53,678 nucleotides of DNA from Candidatus Magasanikiibacteriota bacterium (GTDB taxonomy: Bacteria; Patescibacteriota; Patescibacteriia; Magasanikbacterales; UBA922). Below, one piece after another: positions 1 through 9,042 of this stretch. Both the position numbers and the translations under genes were made by a program. The stretch is taken from assembly GCA_016193335.1 (NCBI GenBank), contig JACPSK010000006.1:1-53678 (forward strand). Direction: 5' to 3'. Position 1 is the stretch's first letter. Each line of letters opens with the position of its first letter. The notes below the pieces were generated by a model, which made no database searches, had not been told where the DNA came from, and saw only the letters and a program-made list of their open reading frames with translations.

Positions 1-106
1 TATAGGTCTCCCAATTTGAAAAAACCGCTCTACCGAGCTTAATTTCCAAAACACAAGTGTACTTTGATGAAAATGATCGGCAAATGTCGCTCAATTTAGC
101 GGAAAG

Positions 107-305
107 TTAACGCAACACGAGTGCGCTTCCGAGTATGCGAAGCCGCGCCGTTATTATTAGGACAAACTTTCACTTTCAGATAATCGTATTTTAGCAGATT
201 TAGCCCTTGATTTCAATAAGCGCGGTTTGGGTGAGGAAAATAGCGATACCTTTGAAAATATAAAATTTATCGCTATTTTCTGAACCGCATACTCGGTGTT
301 ATCGG
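107..305. repeat. attC-like hairpin 1 (one arm degenerate)
   Basis: CCGAGTATGCG (~130-140) pairs with CGCATACTCGG (~287-297), followed by the core GTTATCG at 298-304; internal stem GAAAATAGCGATA/TATCGCTATTTTC. Confidence 0.5.
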
Positions 306-436
306 ATGTAAATTATTTTGCCCCAAATTTTTATCGCAACAATTTTCTACGATCTTACACACAGTTGATTTTTTTAGCCACATAGTGTAAGGTTTTCGAC
401 AGGTACAACAACCCTATACAAACAAGGAGGACTGAG

Positions 437-1219
437 ATGGACGCAAACAATCCTATTGGATCTGACGGCCGCACCTACCACCTCGAAACGCGCGAGGGTG
501 ACCTCGCCAGGCACTGTTTGCTCGTCGGTTCGCCCGAACGAGCGGAGATGATCGCGAACACACTGTTCACTGATGGTAAGCTCGTAGGAGACCACCGTGG
601 CCTCAAGTCGTTCACCGGCACGGTGGAGGGCGTGCCGATGTCGGTGGTTACGACCGGAATGGGCAGTGCGTCTACAGCTATCGTTTTGCCTGAAACGGTC
701 TACTCGGGTGCCGAGCGCCTCATCCGTGTCGGCTCGTGCTCGACGCTCTGGCCGGAACCGAGGCCGGGCGAGTCGGCCATCTGCACCGGTGCAGTCCGTC
801 TAGACGGCGCCAGCGAGAACTGGGCGCCGATCGAGTACCCGGCCGTGGCGGACTTCCGCGTCGTGAGCGCCATGGTCGAGGCGGCGAAAGAACTTGGCCT
901 TCCGCATCACGTCGGCATCGGTGCCACGACCACCTGCTTCAACGAAGGGCAGGCAAGGCCGGACATCTCGGGCTACCTTCCGCCTCGGCTCAAGGCCATG
1001 CATGAGGAATTCGTCCAGCGGGGCGTCCTCTTTTACTCGATGGAGGAGGCGACGCTGTTCGTGTGGTGCTCCACGCACGGCAAGAACCTGTGGGCCGGCG
1101 CGGTGGATGCCATCTATGGCAACCGCCACACTAACGAGCTCGAGGTTCGCGGCGAGGAGGAGGCCGCGCGCATTGCCATTCGGGCGTTGCTCATCCTCAA
1201 CGGGCGTTACCCGCTGTAG
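437..1219 (+). CDS. udp: Uridine/nucleoside phosphorylase (PNP_UDP_1 family)
   Basis: YHL, GSPERA, TTGMGSAS, IRVGSC, SMEEATL motifs; SD AAGGAGG upstream; much more GC-rich than its flanks. Confidence 0.85.
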   Translation: MDANNPIGSDGRTYHLETREGDLARHCLLVGSPERAEMIANTLFTDGKLVGDHRGLKSFTGTVEGVPMSVVTTGMGSASTAIVLPETVYSGAERLIRVGSCSTLWPEPRPGESAICTGAVRLDGASENWAPIEYPAVADFRVVSAMVEAAKELGLPHHVGIGATTTCFNEGQARPDISGYLPPRLKAMHEEFVQRGVLFYSMEEATLFVWCSTHGKNLWAGAVDAIYGNRHTNELEVRGEEEAARIAIRALLILNGRYPL

Positions 1220-1274
1220 TTCGTGGACGGGCGTAGCAGTTTATTCAATCAACACAACCGAGGAGGTTACACAC

Positions 1275-1308
1275 GAGCTGTCTTGCAGAAGGGCAGCTCT
1301 TTCATTTT
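1275..1308 (+). terminator. Probable intrinsic terminator of udp
   Basis: GAGCTGTCTT-GCAG-AAGGGCAGCTC hairpin followed by a T-rich tract. Confidence 0.5.
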
Positions 1309-1364
1309 AAAAAATTGTTGCGATAAAAAATTTCAATAAAAATTGGGGGCAAAATAATTTATTT

Positions 1365-1492
1365 CCGATAACGTCCGCGTGTATGCGATGTTTGCTGGCT
1401 GTATAATATCGCGAAGCGGTACAGCCAGCAAATATGGGCGGAGGCTTGCGGAGGTACTGAGCAAGCCGTAGCCGCATACACGCTGTTAGCTG
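1365..1492. repeat. attC-like recombination site 2
   Basis: CCGATAAC-gtcc-GCGTGTATGCG ... CGCATACACGC-t-GTTAGCT; AAC/GTT cores, asymmetric spacer, internal stems (TTTGCTGGCTGTA/TACAGCCAGCAAA and GGCTTGC/GCAAGCC). Confidence 0.7.
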
Positions 1493-1570
1493 ATGTATTC
1501 CTTTTCTTTTGTTTTCTGATAAGAAAACTTGTTTTATAAAAATTTTCAAATTTCTTTTTCCGTTTTGGGC

Positions 1571-1686
1571 GAAGGGCAGAGGGGAATTAAAGGGGTGAAT
1601 GCCCGAAGCCCAAAACACCTATTTCTAGTTTGAGGGAGGGGCAAGAGGGGAACAAAAGGGGTGAATTGCCCCAACCTCAAACACCT
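1571..1686. repeat. Two tandem imperfect ~50 bp repeats
   Basis: GGGCA(A)GAGGGGAAnnAAAGGGGTGAAT(T)GCCC...AAACACCT occurs at ~1574 and ~1639. Confidence 0.6.
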
Positions 1687-1744
1687 TATTGATATAATTC
1701 CGTATAAAATTCACTAAAAACTGTTTCTAGCGTATTGGTTTCGT

Positions 1745-3166
1745 TTAGTTTTTCCAAATATTTTCAAAAAAAGTATCAACATCAGTGTATCCCAAATTTG
1801 ATGATAATGTTTTTATGAATTTTGATGCATCAATTTTGTCGAGTATTTCACTTTCGAGTTCAATATTGTTTTCTATCAGCTTTTTGTAAACAACAAAATA
1901 AGGGTTGCTGTTAACCTGTTTAATGGCTTCTTTGATAAGCTCTTTTACGGTTTTAGTTTTGTCCGTTCTGAGATCTATTTGGCTTAAAGTATCCTCACTC
2001 AAAAAATAATTTTCAATGCAGTATTTGTTGAGCTGTATTAGGTTGCTATATTTTGTTGATAGGTCTGTGCTTGGAATCGGATTATTATCGTTGTCGATCA
2101 GGAAATATGTATTTTGGACGTTTAGATTTTTGAATACTTCTGAGTATTTTTTAACTTCGCCACAGCCACCGTTCAAAATTGATACTTCTAAACTTTTTCC
2201 TGTAAGCGATTTAATTTTTTCAAGGATTTTTTTATGCGATTTATCTTCAACGTAAGCAATCTTGCTTTCAGTAGTAATGCCACCAATGATTTTTACTAGA
2301 TCTCCTGCCAGCGCTTGCTGTATGCCGTCGTTTGGCTTTTGTTTTGCGATTATCTTTCCATCTTCCCACACTAAAAATTGAGTTTTCTTTAGGAAGGGGT
2401 CTATGAAGCATGCACGAGAGTGAGTCACGATAATTATCTGTTTTTTGTGTTCATCACAAAACCAGTCCAGAAATTGAAAAAGCTTTTCCTCAAGTTGCCA
2501 GTTTAAATGCACTTCTGGCTCATCTATCAAATAGACTTTTGTGGAATCTTTTGCGTAAAAAATTGCAAACATCAATGATATTAAGGCATTTTCGCCCGAG
2601 CTAAGTTGAGATGGAGTTAAGTCGAAACCAGCTTTTTTGAATGAAAATTGATATTTGGTATTTTCTATATCCCAAGTAAAAGTGATTTGATAATCAAATA
2701 CCTTTTGCAGGATCGTCGTATAGCTTGTTGCTGATTGAGTTGTTGCGTCAATTTTCGGAGTGTTTTTGTTGACTAAGTCTTCTGCATGTAAAACAAGATA
2801 TTCCGAAATAGACTTTATCGTTTGAAAATTATCATCCTGTATATTTTGGTTTAAAAAGGTGCCTAAAGTACTTGTTCTTGCATTTTCATCTTTTCGGATA
2901 ATTTTTTGTGCTTGCTCGATCAACACTTTTTGAGCATTTCTTTTTGGACTAAAAGCGGCTATGTCTTTTGGTTTAGCATTGTCAAAAAATTCAACATTAT
3001 TTCCGCCTCTTTGTGAGAGAATGTGATTTAATAATTGCGTTTTGCCAGTGCCGTTACCACCAGCTATCACATTGAATCCCGGCTTAAACTCGATTTTCTG
3101 TTTAAAAATTGAGCTGAAAAGATCAACCTGAACGCTTTTGATGTAATTTTGTTGCTCGTCGCTCAT
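1745..3166 (-). CDS. ABC/AAA ATPase fused to a TOPRIM-like domain (OLD-family / PARIS AriAB-like defence protein)
   Basis: Walker A GGNGTGKT, signature LSSGE, Walker B LIDEPEVHL, H-loop VTHS; C-terminal YVED...LIDND...CIENY TOPRIM-like motifs. Confidence 0.75.
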   Translation of the reverse strand: MSDEQQNYIKSVQVDLFSSIFKQKIEFKPGFNVIAGGNGTGKTQLLNHILSQRGGNNVEFFDNAKPKDIAAFSPKRNAQKVLIEQAQKIIRKDENARTSTLGTFLNQNIQDDNFQTIKSISEYLVLHAEDLVNKNTPKIDATTQSATSYTTILQKVFDYQITFTWDIENTKYQFSFKKAGFDLTPSQLSSGENALISLMFAIFYAKDSTKVYLIDEPEVHLNWQLEEKLFQFLDWFCDEHKKQIIIVTHSRACFIDPFLKKTQFLVWEDGKIIAKQKPNDGIQQALAGDLVKIIGGITTESKIAYVEDKSHKKILEKIKSLTGKSLEVSILNGGCGEVKKYSEVFKNLNVQNTYFLIDNDNNPIPSTDLSTKYSNLIQLNKYCIENYFLSEDTLSQIDLRTDKTKTVKELIKEAIKQVNSNPYFVVYKKLIENNIELESEILDKIDASKFIKTLSSNLGYTDVDTFFENIWKN

Positions 3167-3177
3167 ATGTGGTCTCG

Positions 3178-5451
3178 TTATAGATTCTTTAACTCATTTA
3201 AAACCTCCTCCACATTCCCATTGTGAACCAAGAAGAAATGGAGCTTACCCTTGCCGAGTTTTACCCATTCGTCAGCGATAAGGATTTTGTATCCAGTATC
3301 TTCGTTACTGATTCGGTCTTCGCCTTTCCATTCAAGAGCAACGATATTGCCTTTTTTGGTGAGGGCGATAAAATCGGGATAAAACTTATTTTTCTGCCAG
3401 CCTAGAATATAGAAGGGGTCTTGCTTTTCACGATTGCGAACCCAAAACTCAACATTCGGTAGGCTATCAAGGTCTAGGCGTTCAACAAAACTTAATTCCT
3501 CCTTGTTTAGCTTGTCGATTTTTTCGTAGTAATTTTTGTTGAACTCTTGGGGTATTTGCTCTTTGAGCGTGATTGTTTCAGGGAAGTTCTCAAACGCCTT
3601 GGTCGCAATCTTCTTTTTCGCCACAAACTCAATGAAACGCTTTTTGGCGTAGGCTTCAAGCACGCTGTTTATGGCTTCGTTCAAGCGATCAAGGAACAAG
3701 TAGCGATTGACGGAAAGCTCGGCCAAAGATTTCTGCTTTAGTTGGTAATCAACGGCTTTATCAATGAATTTTACTTTGTTGGGCTTATCAAGCAGGGTAA
3801 AGCGGAGCTTTTTATCAAGCCATTGCACCAATTCCTGTTTTGAAAAGTTTTTGTCGCGGTAAGTAAGATTAAGAATTTGCTGTTTGCCCTTGTGCCATTT
3901 GTTGTCGTCCTCAATATCAATAATGGCGCGACCGTCATTGTCATAATGAATTTCAAAATCAAATTCGGCGTTTTGTTTGGCAAGTTCAAAATCTTCGCCG
4001 ATCAGTTCCTCGAAAGTCAGTTTTTCGTCCTCTAAACTCATCATCGGCACGGCAAAATCTTTTTTCACGGCTCGGTTTACTTCTTTGGGGTCTTTTGCGG
4101 TATCGCCGTTTGATGAAGCACCAATCAAATCAAGTTTGCTGTAGCCGTTTCTTTCAAGTCCTGAAATGATGTTGCTGACCGCTTCATTGAAGTTTTTGGC
4201 GGAAGCGAAAATGTAGGAGCGGTTTAATGCCTCGTTTTTCTTTCGTTTCGCATAGGGCATACGGATAATACGCCCGATGATCTGCTCTACGGCGATTTTT
4301 GCACCGACATTTGCAACGGAAATGAGGACATAAGCAAAAGAACAGTCCCAACCCTCGGCAAGTGCGCTAACGGTTATGATGTAGCGAATTTTGCATTTCT
4401 TGCTGAATAAATCCACACCCTCTAAATCGTTTCGGTCTGATGTTTTGATTGCGATTTCGTCCTCGGAAATTTTGGCGGAAAGCAAATACTCTTTGATCTG
4501 TTCAACTGTCACGTTATTTTGTGTTTGGCTCTTTGGCTGCGCTTGGATAAGTGCAATAGGGCGTATGTATTCGCCTGTATTCTTTTTGCCTTCTTTTTCA
4601 AGTTCGGCTCGTTTCTCAAGTCCGCGAGCAACGGCGTTTTTCCATTGGGCGGAGCTTTCAAGCACAAGCGGAATTTTCACCATTTGCTCGTCTTTGAGTT
4701 CGGCTGGGGAAATGTCCACCAAAATATTACTGCCGGAGCGTGGCGTAGCGGTGTATTCAATTACAAAACTTGGATTCAGACTATTGAGAAAATCCATTGA
4801 AAGCTCGGTTTTGGTTTTGTGTCCTTCATCAATCACCACAAGCGGATTGCTCATGCGGACGACATTTGCGAGCGAGTTTATGATTGTACCTTCCTCGTCC
4901 TTCTCAAGATCGTCTCGGTCATCAAGATTTTCAAAATGGCTCAAGAGCGAGCCGTTTTCCTGATAAACTTTGTATTTCTTTTGCAGTGTTTTTTCTTTGC
5001 GGAAAGCCTCCAAGCTGGAAATGATAATGCAAAGATTGTCCTGCACATCTTCTTTTCTGATTCGCAATGCTTCCTCGTTTGAAAAAATACGCACGCCGTT
5101 TTGAAAAGCCTCGTCTAAAACCTGTCTATGCCAGTCATTGCGGTCTTTAAACTTCTTGAGTGTTTGGGTTTTTATGGCTTCAGACGGTACAAACCACATC
5201 ACAATACCTCTATCCATTTTGTGCTTGAGGAAAGAGCGCATGATTTCGTTGACGGCATGACAGCCGACAAGCGTTTTTCCTCCGCCGGTCGGGATTTTGA
5301 CGCAAACAAAAGGAACATCACCGAAAAAGTCGCCGTGATACGGTCGGTCGGTTTCGCCCATGAAGGCATATTTTGGCCCGACGGCCTCTATACCTTTGAG
5401 ATAGGCTTTGAGTTTGTCTAACGCTGATTGTTGATATTTTTTGAGTTCCAT
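3178..5451 (-). CDS. res: Type III restriction enzyme Res subunit
   Basis: PTGGGKT, DEGH, YTATP, EGWD, QIIGRIIR helicase motifs; C-terminal YPDF...EWKG PD-(D/E)xK nuclease. Confidence 0.9.
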   Translation of the reverse strand: MELKKYQQSALDKLKAYLKGIEAVGPKYAFMGETDRPYHGDFFGDVPFVCVKIPTGGGKTLVGCHAVNEIMRSFLKHKMDRGIVMWFVPSEAIKTQTLKKFKDRNDWHRQVLDEAFQNGVRIFSNEEALRIRKEDVQDNLCIIISSLEAFRKEKTLQKKYKVYQENGSLLSHFENLDDRDDLEKDEEGTIINSLANVVRMSNPLVVIDEGHKTKTELSMDFLNSLNPSFVIEYTATPRSGSNILVDISPAELKDEQMVKIPLVLESSAQWKNAVARGLEKRAELEKEGKKNTGEYIRPIALIQAQPKSQTQNNVTVEQIKEYLLSAKISEDEIAIKTSDRNDLEGVDLFSKKCKIRYIITVSALAEGWDCSFAYVLISVANVGAKIAVEQIIGRIIRMPYAKRKKNEALNRSYIFASAKNFNEAVSNIISGLERNGYSKLDLIGASSNGDTAKDPKEVNRAVKKDFAVPMMSLEDEKLTFEELIGEDFELAKQNAEFDFEIHYDNDGRAIIDIEDDNKWHKGKQQILNLTYRDKNFSKQELVQWLDKKLRFTLLDKPNKVKFIDKAVDYQLKQKSLAELSVNRYLFLDRLNEAINSVLEAYAKKRFIEFVAKKKIATKAFENFPETITLKEQIPQEFNKNYYEKIDKLNKEELSFVERLDLDSLPNVEFWVRNREKQDPFYILGWQKNKFYPDFIALTKKGNIVALEWKGEDRISNEDTGYKILIADEWVKLGKGKLHFFLVHNGNVEEVLNELKNL

Positions 5452-5453
5452 AA

Positions 5454-6998
5454 TTAGTAGATTTTAACTTCGTAGGGAATTTGCTTGAAGACAACATTGT
5501 ATTTTTCAAGCGTGGTTTCATCGAGTAAGCACTTGTCGGCGTAGACAACTTTTTTGCTATCGTTCTTTTTTAGTTTTTTCAAGAAAGATTTGCTCAACAC
5601 ATTTTCGCCTTTTTCTTTATAGATCAGATAATACTCGATTTCCGCGTACTCGCCGATATAATTTGCCGATACTTTGGCATGGTCAATGTTGGTTTGCGTT
5701 TCGGTAAAATAAATGTAGGTTGCGAATTGATCAAAGTCGCAGGTGTCCTCGATTTGACCTTCTTCATCAAATAGCGGTTTGCTGAGTTCGCAATATTCAA
5801 AGCCGTCTTTATATCCATATTTTTCACTTGCCCGTTTTACTCTTTCTGCAGTGATGTTTTTTGCGACCTCGTCTTCCATTTCAACAAGAATAAATTTGCG
5901 GTTTCCGCCATCCTCTTTGTTCAAGTCTAAAACGGCGTGGCCTGTTGTGCCCGAACCAGCGAAAGAATCCAGTATTAAATCGTTACTATTAGAGGAAAGT
6001 TGAATAATTCTTTTTAAAAGTCGAACAGGCTTAGGTGTTGCAAAGCCATTTTCAGGAAAAATATTTTTATAATCCTTTTTTGCCTCATCGTTACTTCCTA
6101 CTTCGTCATACAACCAAATAGTTTTTGGTATCACTCCTTGTTTCATTTCGTTTAGGTATTTTTTGAGACGTGGTACGGCATCGCCTTTTTTACCAAACCA
6201 AATTGTCCCTTCTTTGTCGGCTCCTTTTAATGTTTGTACGCTGTATCGAGGAAAAGTTCCGGCCGGTGGCCGCCATTTTACGCCATTTTCAAAAGTAAAT
6301 TCATATCCCGTGTCTGTGCCACTTTTTGCATGAAGTGGTTGGGTCATCCAAGGCCCCCGAGGATCGTTATCTGGATTTTTATAACGAGCGTCTTGCTCTT
6401 CTGTTCGCGCAATTAAATTGATATTAAAATTAGTATTCTTTTTATCTTTTGCGTAACAGACAATAAAATCATGGGTGGCTGAAAAATATTTTGCGTCATT
6501 ACTTTGGGTATATTTTTTTTGCCATATGATATTTGCAACAAAATTTTCTTCTCTAAAAATCTCATCCAATACCTGTTTCAAGTTGCAATGCTCGTTATCA
6601 TCAATGGATACAAATATAGAGCCGTCATCTGATAATAAATCTCTAAGTAACTTGAGGCGCGGATACATCATACAAAGCCATTTGTCATGCCGGCAAAGAT
6701 CCTCTGAATCTCGACCAACCACTTTTCCTAGCCATTTCTTGATTTTAGGAGAATTAACTTTGTCATTATAAATCCATCCTTCATTTCCCGTGTTATATGG
6801 TGGATCAATATAGATACATTTTACTTTGCCAGTATAAAAAGGCATGAGTGCTTTTAATGCTTCAAGATTGTCGCCGTGAATGATCAGATTTTGAGAATTG
6901 CCTACTGAAGCCGACTTAATTTTTTTGAGTAGCCGAAAGGGAACCTCTTTATCGTGGTTTACTACTGCTTCTTTTCCAATCCAGTTTAATGTAGGCAT
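5454..6998 (-). CDS. mod: Type III R-M Mod subunit (N6-adenine methyltransferase)
   Basis: MPTLNWIGK start, GDNLEAL, IYIDPPYNTG, TPKP, LDSFAGSGTT. Confidence 0.92.
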   Translation of the reverse strand: MPTLNWIGKEAVVNHDKEVPFRLLKKIKSASVGNSQNLIIHGDNLEALKALMPFYTGKVKCIYIDPPYNTGNEGWIYNDKVNSPKIKKWLGKVVGRDSEDLCRHDKWLCMMYPRLKLLRDLLSDDGSIFVSIDDNEHCNLKQVLDEIFREENFVANIIWQKKYTQSNDAKYFSATHDFIVCYAKDKKNTNFNINLIARTEEQDARYKNPDNDPRGPWMTQPLHAKSGTDTGYEFTFENGVKWRPPAGTFPRYSVQTLKGADKEGTIWFGKKGDAVPRLKKYLNEMKQGVIPKTIWLYDEVGSNDEAKKDYKNIFPENGFATPKPVRLLKRIIQLSSNSNDLILDSFAGSGTTGHAVLDLNKEDGGNRKFILVEMEDEVAKNITAERVKRASEKYGYKDGFEYCELSKPLFDEEGQIEDTCDFDQFATYIYFTETQTNIDHAKVSANYIGEYAEIEYYLIYKEKGENVLSKSFLKKLKKNDSKKVVYADKCLLDETTLEKYNVVFKQIPYEVKIY

Positions 6999-7253
6999 AG
7001 GCTTATTTTGGTTTGACTTCCGCTGTATTATAGCGCGTTAGCACTAGTTATAAAATAAGGTTTTCGGAGCGACCAGCGGGAGCGGAGAAAACATCCGAAC
7101 TGGCTGGCGATAGCCAGACAGCCCCCCTCATCAAAAAAGCGTTTCCGTAGCGGAGCGGAGGAAACACCATATTTCCCCTTATAAATAAAGAAAAAGAAAT
7201 TTGAAAATTTTTTAAAACAATTGGGCGATAGCCCAGAAAAGAAAAGGAATATT

Positions 7254-7320
7254 TCAGCTAACTAGCTATTATATGTACAGTTTACATCTAGTCAACCAAA
7301 ATGGTATTGATATATGTACT
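7254..7320 (-). other. Candidate attI-like site
   Basis: Minus strand reads ...TGTACATATAATAGCTA-GTTAGCTGA; the GTT core has no attC hairpin; direct repeats TATATGTAC at 7270-7278 and 7311-7319. Confidence 0.4.
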
Positions 7321-7350
7321 CTTAAAAAAAACCATCTTAGACCCGCTCGC

Positions 7351-8199
7351 CTAAATCCGCTCCACCCAATGACCATCCACTTCCACTTCCAATTCGAGGA
7401 ATATTTTTCTGTTGAATGCTTGTTCCAGCTCTTTTCTGGCCATTTGTCCTATTTCCTTTATTCTTTGTCCTCCCGCCCCCACTATCATCCGTTTGTAACG
7501 CGGTTCGCTGGTCAAAACACGCGCTGATATCACCATAATGTCGGTTTTTTCTTCTACGCCGTCCACCTCCACGTTCACCGAGTAGGGGACTTCTTTTTCA
7601 AGAACTGAAAAAACTTTTTCTCTCACAATTTCAGCTATCCAAAATTCTCTGTCCACGTTTGTAAGTTGTTCTTGCGGATACAGAGCTTCTCCTTCCGGCA
7701 TTACTCCGGCAAGTTTTTCTCGCAGTGGCGCTATATGGCTGGCTTTGAGAGCGGACAAGCTGAATACGGCGTCAAAATCCCCGGCCATATTGAGGTATTG
7801 TTCTTTGTGTATTCGTTCTCGTTCGCCGAGATCGCTTTTGTTCAAGACGAGGATTTTGAACACATCAAGATGACGTATGAGCCCGTATATATATTTTTCT
7901 TCGTCTCCTATTTCACGGGTCGGGTCAACCACATAGACAATGGCATCCACGCCATCGAGGGCTTCTTTGGCTTTTTGAATGAGTTTTCCCGAGAGGCGGC
8001 TTCGTCTATCTTTAAAAATGCCGGGCGTGTCGATAAGAACCACTTGTCCTTGGTCTGTGTTTAAGACTCCGTGTATAATATGTCTGGTCATTTGGGGCCT
8101 AAAGCTGGTGGCCGCGATTTTGGTGCCAACGAGGGTGTTGAGCAAAGTGGATTTTCCCACATTGGAACGGCCTACCAGTACTGCAAATCCTGATTTCAT
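7351..8199 (-). CDS. era: GTPase Era
   Basis: GRSNVGKST, DTPG, NKSD, C-terminal KH domain (EVPYS, GAGG). Confidence 0.95.
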   Translation of the reverse strand: MKSGFAVLVGRSNVGKSTLLNTLVGTKIAATSFRPQMTRHIIHGVLNTDQGQVVLIDTPGIFKDRRSRLSGKLIQKAKEALDGVDAIVYVVDPTREIGDEEKYIYGLIRHLDVFKILVLNKSDLGERERIHKEQYLNMAGDFDAVFSLSALKASHIAPLREKLAGVMPEGEALYPQEQLTNVDREFWIAEIVREKVFSVLEKEVPYSVNVEVDGVEEKTDIMVISARVLTSEPRYKRMIVGAGGQRIKEIGQMARKELEQAFNRKIFLELEVEVDGHWVERI

Positions 8200-8312
8200 A
8201 CGCGCATGTTTGATAAAAGTTTTATAATCTTTTTTAGTTATGGTTGTTTTGCCTTTTTCCCCATACTAGCAGGCTCTTGCCTAAATTTCAACCCTTCGCT
8301 ATACTTCTGTCT

Positions 8313-8759
8313 ATGAAAGTTATCTTGCTACAAGACGTCCCGGGTACGGGAAAACAGGGAGAAATAAAAGAAGTAAGCCAGGGTTTTGCCCGAAATTTTT
8401 TGTTTAAAAAAAGTATGGCGAAGCTGGCCAGTCTTGCCGCTGTTTCGGATCTGCATGCCCATATTCGCAAGAAAGAAAAGGAAGAAGAGGCTGATTTGAA
8501 GACTCAGCAAAAAACGGCTTCAAAGCTCGACGGCGCTGAAATTGAAATTTTGGAAAAAATCAATGATGAAGGCAGACTCTACGCCTCGATAAATTCTCAA
8601 AAAATCGCCAATGCCATAGATAAGCAGCTCAATCTCAGCATCAAACCAAAACAGGTGAGTATTTCTTCTCCTATCAAAGCGGTAGGAGAGTACACGGTGC
8701 GCGTTGAATTTGAACATGGTCTGGAAGCTGAACTCCACGTCAATGTGAACCCGGCCTAG
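8313..8759 (+). CDS. rplI: 50S ribosomal protein L9
   Basis: [30 protein letters not shown]; start moved to the ATG at 8313. Confidence 0.95.
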   Translation: MKVILLQDVPGTGKQGEIKEVSQGFARNFLFKKSMAKLASLAAVSDLHAHIRKKEKEEEADLKTQQKTASKLDGAEIEILEKINDEGRLYASINSQKIANAIDKQLNLSIKPKQVSISSPIKAVGEYTVRVEFEHGLEAELHVNVNPA

Positions 8760-8760
8760 T

Positions 8761-8784
8761 CCCTCCATCATCGGAGGGTTTTTT
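8761..8784 (+). terminator. Intrinsic terminator of rplI
   Basis: CCCTCC-ATCATC-GGAGGG-TTTTTT. Confidence 0.8.
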
Positions 8785-9042
8785 GTGTATGGATGATTTT
8801 GAAGTGGGAAATTCAAGGTTTGTATTTTGCGGTTTTGGCACTTTTTTTTGAAATCCGCGTATGGTATACTCATCTCGTTTACTTGTTCGGATTTGAATGT
8901 CCCGCGTTTCTGAAGGTATAAAAGTTTGGGATGAGCTGAGAACAGCTGATGAGTCGGTCTTATTCTGAATAATTTGAACATTGAGGAAACAAATTTTGTT
9001 TTTTTAAAAATATAACACAATAACGCGTAAATTTTTCACATT

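Noticed and set aside
5454-6998. Phase-variable mod (phasevarion)
   Set aside because: No simple-sequence repeat tract beyond ordinary short A/T runs; the ORF is intact.
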